DNA of 64,000 bases, from NCBI GenBank assembly GCA_037447605.1, contig CM074817.1, positions 434,001 through 498,000 of the forward strand. The letters run 5' to 3'. A program made the translations under genes and the position numbers. This DNA comes from Zygnema circumcarinatum SAG 698-1b (taxonomy: Eukaryota; Plantae; Zygnematophyceae). Below are positions 50,340 to 60,100 of this stretch, piece by piece. The notes under the pieces were generated by a model, which was given only the letters and a program-made list of their open reading frames with translations, was not told where the DNA came from and did not search any database. The stretch's first letter is position 1. The number at the start of each line of letters is the position of its first letter.

Positions 50340-50552
50340 AGTCAGGCAGACTACTGTATCCCGAGGTGGTACCCGCTGCCTCGCACGGAGTGATTGAGTG
50401 AGAGTGCGGGTGGGCAGCAGGAGCAGCAGCAGCAGCAGCAGCAGGAGCAGCAGGAGTGAGCGAGCAGTGGCTCGCCTCAGCTCGCCGGTGGAGGCAGGCA
50501 GGCAAGCCGGCAGGTCTCCCTTGCAGGCGGGTACTCCCGCGCCGCGCCGGTC

Positions 50553-50725
50553 CATATATATATATCCGGCCAGCCAGGCAGCCAGTCGGCCGTTCGCACC
50601 CGCCCGTCGCTCGCTCGCTCTGCCAACGGTCGCCTCAGCCCGCCGTACGGTACGAATGGCCCACGTACGGAACACAGTACCGTACGGCAGGCCAGCAGTC
50701 CGGCGTCGTTCGTTCGCCGTTGAAC
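50553..50725 (-). promoter_or_regulatory. Putative CDC20 promoter: TATA-like tract plus three MSA-like AACGG cores
   Basis: ATATATATATAT at ~50554-50565. AACGG/CCGTT at 50590-50594, 50625-50629 (GCCAACGGTC) and 50717-50721. MSA elements bound by MYB3R factors are established for plant G2/M genes; function here is inferred. Confidence 0.5.
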
Positions 50726-51300
50726 AGTCGCAGCGCGGTGGAGAGCAGCGGCGGGCGGGCACATGGCGCGGGGCCCGCCCGCTCGTGACGTGGCGGGTGG
50801 TCCACGCGAGCCGTCATCCGCAGCCTGCCAGCGTGGCGGCCGCGTCAGCCCGCCCCGCCCCGGCCCGGCCCGGCCCGGCAGTCCGCTTCCTTTCATGACT
50901 CGGGTGGGAGGGTGGATGGGTACAGGGAGGAGAAGAAGGGGGCGATCGGACGGCGTACAACGCCCGGATGAACAACCATCAACAAGTACACTTTTCAGGG
51001 CAGGCGGGCGGGCCGTAGCTGCTGAGAGTCGAACACGGGACCTCCGGGGGCGGGGTGGGGGTGGGGGTGGGGCAGGACGGGGCGGGGCGGTGCACATGTC
51101 CATAAAGAAAGGAAGCGGGCCAGGTCGGCTTGGTTCTCCGCACGGCTGCTTCTCGCAGGCAAACGAGCAAGCAAGCACACTTGTCAGCCAGGGAGGGAGG
51201 GAGGGCCTCCAGGCGGCACGCACGTCTCGTCTGCGGGGACGCGCAGAGAGGGAGGAGGAGGGCCGAAACCTGCACCTACAACTCACAGACGCAGCTGGCC

Positions 51301-54300
51301 ATGGCGAGCTTGGAGATAACAAGGTCTCACATTGCTCTGCTCGCTTTGTACTTGGGAAAAGCGGAAGCCCGGGACAAAATTTGTAGGGCTATACAATATG
51401 GCTCGAAGTTTATCAGTGGAGGAGAGAAAGGAACTGCACAGGACGTTGACAAGGCGACAAGCTTAGCCCGAAAAGTTTTTCGGTTATTGAAGGTGTATCT
51501 TTTTCCATTCCATCCCACGCACTGTCTTTCCAAGGAACCGTCACCAGGCGTTTCTTATTCACATGACCCTGCATCCTAGTCCTTCTAACGGTTTTCATTG
51601 TTGAACTGTGGTTTTTCCACTTGCAGTCAGTTAATGAGATTCAGAATCTGCTTACACCAGCCCCCAAGACAACACCACTTCCGCTAGTTCTTCTTGGTCG
51701 GGTAAGTTGGTTTCTCTTCATTTACAGGATTGGGATTACGTGCATCAAATCGGTCTCTCTCGTCCCATAAGCTATATCCGTCTGAAGGTCAGTCGAAACT
51801 ATTCTGCACTGCAGTTGTTTTTGCATTTCAAGTAATGTTCTTTTGATGACAAGTGGAAGTGTCCTGCAGATTAAGAGTGCGCTGTTGGCTACCTTTCTGG
51901 CCTTGGATCAAGTTGTGTGGCTCGGACGATCCGGAATTTATAAGGTTAGTATATTTGAAGGGGCTGAGCTTGAGGGAAAATTTTAAGTTGTGGCAAATTT
52001 ATGCAGTCAATGCTCTCGATTCTTGTCCTTATGTAACAGAATGACAGTGTTATTGAAGTGGATAGGAGCTGGAAAGTTGACCTCGTTTGAAACTTGATAA
52101 GCAAAACTGCAACCAGACTTGGTCTTTTGTAATTGGCCTTCTACTTACTTCATTGGTGGACCTTGCCGCAGAACAAAGAAAACACGGACTTATGTGGCAA
52201 AATCTCTCTTTACTGTTGGATGTGTTCATCTGCGACTGGCTCGGTGATTGAGGTACATCTGTCGCCATTGAAATGTGCTAGACTTCGGGTTAACGGGACT
52301 GTCAGCGTGCAGCAGGTGCTCTCTTCCAGTGTGTCTTTCCTTCACACATAACCTTCAGAAGCTCACTGGCAGGTTGCGGAACTTGTCCGATTAACAGCTG
52401 CACTAAAGGAGGTGGAGAAGGAGTTGAAGAAACTGAGAGATGGGAGAAGCTCGGCAGACGAGTCGAAGCTGGTATCACTTTTTCCCTAGCATCATGTCAA
52501 CCTTAATGACGGATTGACTTAACGTTGCGCGTGAGAAGCTGACTGTTAATCGCTATCCTCACGAGCGGCAAGTTTGATAGATTGCATCAAAATGATACAC
52601 AATCGTACCGTGTATCTCCAGTCACGGAGCAACCTCATGCTTTTGCAGATTTCCTGATTTTCTATATTTCTTTCAACAGGAATTCGACACTTCCACGTTT
52701 TAACCTTTGTTGTAGCACATACGACTGTGCACTTGCTTTGGAATGCGATGTGATGTGGCATTATGGCATGAAGCCTGTCTGAGAAATTTATCTTGGTGAT
52801 TGGCAGGTGGAAAAGCGAAATGCCCATGTCAGCCAGTGCCGTACCAGGACTCTGAATTATGCAAAGTCAAGTTTGGACGTGATTGTTGCAGTAGGGCTGT
52901 TGCAGCTTGCACCCAATACAGTGAATGCTCGCGTGACAGGCGCACTTGGTTTCGTCACTTCGCTGATCTCCTGCTATCAGGTATGTCCTGACTTCACTTA
53001 TTGTTGATGGTCTAAAATGTCGACTTGGCCTTACCCTCTCAACAAAGTCTGAAATTTGAGCATGTCAAGTATAATTTTATGTCACACTTAGTAGAGCATC
53101 GACTTGTGTGACGTAGAGTCTTGCGCCACTGATGTGTTTTCAACTATTCTTCGTGTAAGCATGGGAAACTTGGCTGTTCCGAAGCGATAACTTAATTGTC
53201 TGGAATTGGTGGAAATGCAATCTGAACATCCTATTTGGAGAGGTGTTTGCTTTGAATATGATTGCACTCTTTATAACTGACTGACAATTGAGATAAATAT
53301 CGACCGAGTTGGAGAATAGCTTCGTCAAAAGGGCTAAGCAGCCTAAGTAAAACCTGTATGATTTTTAAGTTCAATTGCTGGAGAGGTTCAGTTGCGTTAA
53401 GCTTGCTTCAAATGTAGCAAGCTTTAGAGTGTCAGGTTATAACATACAGTGACTGCTGACTGGTTTTCCTCAAAAGTAGGTTTTAAGCCGAAGAAATTGC
53501 ACAAAGCACCTATGACTTTCAGGCTTGTTCAAACAAATGTTTTTTTTCTGGCATAAGCTGAGGCTATACCTAAGGCTCTGCGCAGTGTGTTATGAACTAC
53601 TTGTGTGTGTGCATTCCTATACCTTGGACCAATCACGAAGTTACTCTTCATTTTGTCTTCAGGTTGGAGATTAGAATGAGCATTTTTGTACCTTTTAACT
53701 CATGAAGGAGTTACATTCAATATTTGGATTTAAACTGAGGATTACAGCTGCTGAATAATGAATTTCTGGCAAGTGCGAAAGGCATGCAGAATTTTCCTGA
53801 TCTCTTGTTTTTTGCATGTTTTGCTGGTTTCTAGTTTCACGGTGTCACATATGTGCGGCTGTTGCATTCGTTCTGTATGTAATTACACGTCGAATGTTGA
53901 TTGCCACATTCTGCGATTTTGAGCAGAGGCTCATTTGTTCATTCCGTATTGTTGAGCTTTGTCTGTTAGACGTCTCTGTGGGATGAGAACATGTGCTTCT
54001 GGAGGCAGACAACGAGTAGCCAAATGGACGTTTGCTGCTTTATTCGAACCTGTGTTTGCTTTCCTATCTTTGTGGAGATTCTCGAGATGAAGGTGGCTTT
54101 ATGAAGTCAGGCTTAAGTGCTCGAACTTTTGGTTGGGTAGCGGCGAAGTTGCCCTCCTTTAAAGAGTTATCCATGAGATTAGGAGAATGAAACATGTATT
54201 TATGTCGGAGGAGGATGATGAAATTTCAATGTGATAAAGTGGCCGAAAACGATTTAAACATTTACTTTGCAGCATGCCTGTGAAAGGGAGAACACTTAGT

Positions 54301-54552
54301 TGAGGCAAATTGGCTGATCGACTTGTCTTTGACAAGTAGGAACTTGTCCATTTGTGCAAATGGGTTGAAGTTGAGTAAACGCTTGTGCCTTTTTGCTTGC
54401 GCGGGAGCAATGCCGCTGTACTTTTATCGTCTTGCTTGACATTTTGAATGTGTCTAGCGGACGTGATGTTGTTTTGCTGACACATTCTGTTGCGACTTTG
54501 CGACTGTTCGCAGCTCTTCCCTGCGGCGCCACCAAAGGTCAAGGCATCCTGA
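51301..54552 (+). CDS. PEX11: Peroxin 11 (PEX11c/d/e type); multi-exon
   Basis: LYLGKAEARDKICRAIQYGSKF...TSLARKVFRLLK, ALLATFLALDQVVWLGRSGIYK, GKISLYCWM and SSLDVIVAVGLLQLAPNTVNARVTGALGFVTSLISCYQ. The last exon 54514-54552 reads LFPAAPPKVKAS* after a ~1.5 kb intron. Confidence 0.94.
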
Positions 54553-55276
54553 ACTGCTTTTGGTTTCAAGTGAGGGCAGTTGACAAGCATTTATAGCTTG
54601 TACGCGTGGTTTGTTTGTGGGGTAGACTTGGACGTTTGCAAGGGAGCTTTTCCATGTAGCAGCCACCTCACTTGAGATTAAGAGTGAATGTGTAGATGCG
54701 CCATGCTTGTATGGGATGACCCATTCATGGTTAAAAGATAGCATCCAAGGCCACGTTCCATTGTACATATGGGAATTTCATTCGAGCAGAAGGACCTTAT
54801 GCAATGTTTCACTCTGGAATGTCTGCTCCCTGTCTGCTCCATTTTGTGTCATCCTCCCTCGCTTCAATGTCTTCGTTCGGAAAGAGGGTGTTGGATGCTT
54901 CAACGCGTTGGCCCTGTTGTATGAGATTCACACATTGTAAGGGACTACTTTTCCCCTCGTTGCCTTCACGCTTCTGGGCGCATTGCAAGTGGAAGCTGCG
55001 GACCTGCGTGGCAGTGACTGGTGACCTCTGCTCGTGAGTTAAGCGGAGGACTATCGGCCTTGCTGCCACGGAGTTGACGTTCCCGCAGTTTGCGAGACAC
55101 ATGACAGCCTTTGGCCTTGTCTGGATTGGGTGAGAGTGTAGGTGAGGAGCAAGGGAGGGTTGAGAGTCAGAATGGGACGCCATAGGGAGTGTCTCCCACG
55201 CTCTACGGTGTAAGATGCGTTCCGTCCGCGTGCTGTACGGCGCGCAGTGGTGTTCGCGGTGCGCCTCGAGGGCGAA

Positions 55277-55316
55277 CCGTCCGTCCGTCCGTCCGTCCGT
55301 CCGTCCGTCCGTCCGT
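55277..55316. repeat. (CCGT)10 microsatellite
   Basis: Directly visible perfect tetranucleotide array. Confidence 0.95.
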
Positions 55317-55481
55317 CGCGCACAGTGCCCCGCGCGACGCGCGCCCTCGGACGCTGTGGAATTACCGTACAAAAACGACAACAACAGTACGGTGCGGTAC
55401 GGTATGGGGCCGCAGATAGCGAAAGAGAGATATGAAGTGAGCCCTCCCGAGTAAGGATGGATAGTAGAACGCCCTGTCGTG

Positions 55482-56163
55482 TCCTAGCTATTTTCTTTTG
55501 TGCTTGGTCCGCGACCAATACTTCGTGGTTCCCCATGCTAATGTTGGCCATGCACATTTGATGGCCTCACAGCCATCGTGAGATCAATGCCAATTCCCTT
55601 TCCCATTGTCGTGTATTAGAATTCCAATAAAAAATTCTACAAGGGTTATAAAACATTTCTAAAACGGTTGTACAATCGTATGGTCGTACGTTTGTAGGCT
55701 CGTGGACAGGCCAACACCAATTTCCCGACTGTATATCCTGGTCGCAGAGGACCTAAGGACAAGAAAAAAGCTAGGAGTGGAAAGCTACGCCTGGGCGCAA
55801 CAACGCTTCAAGCCCTCCGATGACCTCTGGTGCGCTGTGCGCACTGCTCACAGGGGGCGGGGCAGACGCACTCAAATTTAATGGGCATAAAATATGGTTC
55901 GGTTTTTAGGGTTTTTAACCTTTGTTGTCTAAGATAGGATCTGACCTGTGAAAAAAGGTGCGTATCTAGACATAAAAGGTGTGAAATTAGCAGTCTCCTA
56001 TTTGTATACAGTACAGTACAGTCTAATCACGTTATAGTGACTCTGTGGGTCCCCACATGTTTGTGTCACTATATCGGTAATGACCCGTTTGTCATTTCAC
56101 ATTTATAGTAACACAAGAGAAAATGATGTTTGATTGAACTCACGATGGCAAGGCCATCAAATG
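55482..56163. repeat. Cluster of hairpin-TCAAT repeat copies: 55482-55590 (+), 55739-55776 (-, partial), 56125-56163 (-)
   Basis: TCCTAGCT...GCGACCA...CGTGGTTCCCCATGCT...CATTTGATGGCCTCACAGCCATCGTGAGATCAATGCC; TGGTCGCAGAGGACC...AAAAGCTAGGAG (same as 2109-2150); ATTGAACTCACGATGGCAAGGCCATCAAATG. Confidence 0.85.
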
Positions 56164-57113
56164 GTAACAAATGGTAATTTATAGTAACAATGTTATTAGA
56201 TATGTTTTTGCGGTATATCCGTACGCCTTTGATACCGTACATTGTACTTTTTGGGCAGTCGTCACGTGGGTAGGTGTGTACGAACCCTAGTGAGAATGTG
56301 TACGGACAAGTTGATATGTACGGCCAAGTCGATATCTGACGATATTAGTCGATAATGTGTACGGTCGTAATATATTTGTAACGCATATTCCAATACGTGG
56401 GTGGATAATATCGACATTTTGAACATATAGTAACAATTAGGGCTTTTCAGCGTCGTTATGTCCGTAATGGCGTCACTACTGGCGCAGGATCTGCAGTGGT
56501 GCAATTCCGTGCCCGGAAAAAAAAGTCAGTATATCCATGCTGTTCTTATAAACAGTGTCACTATAAAAATATAAAAAAGTAGTAAAAAGTTATAATTGCC
56601 GTACGACCGGCCATCCCGGCGGGCGGTTGGGTGGCTGTTCGGCAGGCGGCACTGTACGGACGTAAGCTCCCGGAGACGGCCGCCACCAGTCCGGACCATG
56701 CCGCCATGGCCATGGCCATGGGTCATATGACTCACATCACCATGCCATGCCATGCCATGCCGTGGCCTGGGCCTGGGAAGGGGGGGAGGACCAGCGTAGT
56801 GCGGGCGGCCATGCAGCATGCGCTGGCGGGTGGGCGCTGGGCACTGGGATAGGGAGGGAGGGAGGGAGAAACGGAGACAGGGATGGGCCATTACCGCACT
56901 GCACCGCGCAGCAGGGATTAGGTTCCGCGCTCCGCACTCACTCGGTCGCAGTCTGGCAGAGAGAGCACCTCGGCGGTAGCTGCCCGCGGGCATGACCTGT
57001 CCGGTCAGGCGGATGCATATGCATGATGAAACGAAGGGAAGTTCTGGCTCTGGTATGTTGTTGAGTTCAGGTGCTTGCTGAACGGGCAGCTTTCATAAAT
57101 AGCCTCTGGAAAC

Positions 57114-60100
57114 ATGAGCGACGGCGAATGGTATGAGGACAATAGCAGCGAGGAGCTTGAGGATGGATATGAAGACCTCGAGGTTGCAGATGAAGCCATT
57201 CCCGCAGGCGAGGGCGGTTCTGTCTATAATGTAATAGATGCTGGCATATCTCTGTAGAAACTCAGACAGGGTCCAACGACATCCTAATGACGGAGTCCTT
57301 CGGCATTTTGTTTCCAATGGCTGGAAAATAATTTCGAGCTGGCGTAAATTAAACCATACGGGTTTCTGTGTGATTTTTGTTTTTCTTGGCCCAGAGTGTT
57401 TCTCTGATAAACCTCTCTTTCTGTTCAGTGCATTTTTGTTTGTTTGTTTGTTTTTTTTTTTTTTACCACCCTGTAATTTTCATGTTAGCCGACACGTGCA
57501 GCTTTTTGTAAATTGTCAATGTCTTTTATTTATGTTCGAAACGCCTTCTGATTTTCTGGTGCAGATAATAAACAAGAAGTCGCTCTTGGCTGCACAGGTA
57601 TTTTTCCGACGCATTCAGGACGCAAACTCTGACTGTTGTCTTGCAAGTCAAAAGGTTTGGACGATTAGAAGTGTGTATGTACGTGGAGTGCTGCTTCTCA
57701 CTTGACCAAGAAGCTGGCTGCACTGCTTTGCGATCACATCCTCATATGTTGGAGACAGAAGTTCGTCTTCGGGAACATGTTCTTATGTGGAGGTGTCAGG
57801 AAGATTGACTTATATAGAGTGACTTGATCACTTTCGCTATTTTCATGATTTCCTTCCACCAGGCACGCTATTTTTTCTTGCTTGTCCATTTTTTGTCAGC
57901 TTAAAACCATTGCCTAATCAATAATGTGATTGTGCTTTTCCCGGGCAGCTTCACGATCTTCGGCGCGTTGCAGACGTTCTTGGTGTACCACTGCAGCATT
58001 CAAGGACGTTGCTTATTTACCACCGCTGGGATGTAGAAGGCTTATTTGGGAAGCTTGCGGACCAAGGAGTGGAGCGCCTGTTCTTATTGGCCGGTTTGCC
58101 GCCACGAGCAGATGTAAATTTAGCCTTCCCACAGAAGTTGCCAGTAATTCAGTGCCGAATTTGTTATATGGATGTCGGACCGAATGAGTCAACCACGATG
58201 GACTGCGGCCATTCTTTCTGCAATACCTGTAAGTGCTTTGTAAATATCTAGTCACAGAATGTTGTTTGGGGTCACTTAAGAACAATTTCTAGTTTGGATT
58301 ATTACTCTTTTGTTTTGGTGTGATACATATAATCTTTGTGGATGTGTTTGTTGGTCATAGTGCCCGTATGCGCCCTGCATGCTTCAAATGCGGATGTTGG
58401 TATCCACATGATCGTTTGGCTTGGGTCCCCCATGTGCATGAACAATACGGGGCCTTGCCGCTCTGTGGCAGGTTGGAGTCAATACTTCATCATAAAGATA
58501 AAGGACGGCCAGAGCCGGAGAGTTACCTGTATGGAAGAGAAATGCCATGCTATCTGCGATGAAGACAAGGTTCGGACGCTTGTTTCCGCCGTGGACAATG
58601 ATGCCGCTGAACGTTATGAGCGGTCTCTTCTGGAATCTTACATTGAAGACAATTCAAAAGTGAAATGGTGTCCGAGCGTGCCACACTGTGGCAATGCTAT
58701 CTCAGTTGAAGGAGAACTTTTCTGCGAGCTGGAATGCGCCTGTGGCCAGCAGTTCTGCTTTAACTGCTTGGCAGAACCGCACTCTCCGTGCTCGTGTCTT
58801 ATGTGGCGGCTTTGGGACCAAAAATGCAAAGATGAATCAGAAACTGTGAACTGGCTTACAGCACACACGAAACCGTGCCCCAAGTGCCAGAAACCCGTGG
58901 AAAAGAATGGCGGTTGCAACCTTGTTGGATGCATATGCGGACAGGCCTTCTGGTCAGTAACCTAGTTTACAGTTTGCACTTAACAGGGCATGCTGGTATT
59001 GATGTAGGTCTTTGCTCGGTGATTTTTGGAACAAATTGTAGGTGCCTATCATATTGACAGTATGCAGCATTGTACGATGTTCACTCATCTGCTGAAGAAT
59101 GTATCGGTTCTGCAAGTAATTGGCCTAGTGTAAAGCCTGCCATTTTCTAGGCATTTGCATTTCAAATATTTTATAAACCTCCATGGCAATGATAATGCCG
59201 TTGAGACATGGTGTAATGCAGCTGGTTATGTGGAGCAGCTACTGGAAGAGAGCACACTTGGACAAACATTCAAGGGCATAGCTGCGGCCGATACAAGGAG
59301 GAGAAAGAAAAAGAAGCCGAGAGGGCTCAACGAGATTTGAAGCGCTACATACACTATCATTCACGATGGAAAGCACATATGGACTCTTTGCAACTTGAAC
59401 AGAAGAAGCGCGAGGAGGCGCAAGCAAGGATAGCGAGGCTAGAGGCTAGTGAGTCACAGGTGAAAGATTATACATGGCTCACCAATGGGTTGCAACGTCT
59501 TTTTAGGGCTCGTCGGGCTCTGGCTTACTCTTATGCTTTCGCTTACTACATGTTTGGAAATGATCTTTTCAAGGACGATATAAGTGAGATGCAGAATGAG
59601 ATAAACCAGAATCTGTTTGAGGACCAACAGCAGCAACTGGAGGGTGCTGTGGAGAAGCTGTCTAAACTGGTGGAGTCCAACATGGATTTGAATACCGATG
59701 ATGAGATCGTGCAAAGGATGCGGATGGAGGTCATCAACTTGACGGCACTAACGGACACTTTGTGCAAGCGAACGTGAGAACACTTTCTTTGCTTGGGATA
59801 CTCCTTCATCCCTTTTAATATGCCATACCTGGGATAATTCAGGGGCTACGCGGTTTGCCAGTGGCTACAATTTGCATGGATGTTTGTTAACACAGATCTA
59901 CGCCCTCGAAGGAAACGTCTGCATTTTCTTGGGTTTCTCGTGTTGCATTCTAGAGCCTGTGTCATTCCAAAGTTCGGTTGCATACTTGTCAAGGGATGCC
60001 TTTATCCTTCGCAAGCTGGATCTTGTTTAAACTAATGTCAGCTGATTATGAAAAAGACTAAAGCGACAGTATTTTTTCACTTAGCTCGACAAATAATTTG

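Noticed and set aside
53662-53673. Alternative PEX11 terminal exon (VGD*)
   Set aside because: The exon at 54514-54552 (LFPAAPPKVKAS*) matches the known PEX11c-e C-terminus far better.
54210-54320. Box C/D-like ATGATGA...CTGA in the last PEX11 intron
   Set aside because: No terminal stem or recognisable rRNA antisense guide was seen, and such short boxes occur by chance. No tRNA, rRNA or snRNA gene could be supported anywhere in the window.
36856-54552. Apparent metabolic cluster (SHMT, MDH, GST, PEX11) suggesting photorespiration or peroxisome function
   Set aside because: The SHMT is the cytosolic type and the MDH is plastid-type, neither being the photorespiratory isoform. CDC20 is interspersed, and neighbourhood alone is not evidence in a gene-dense eukaryote.
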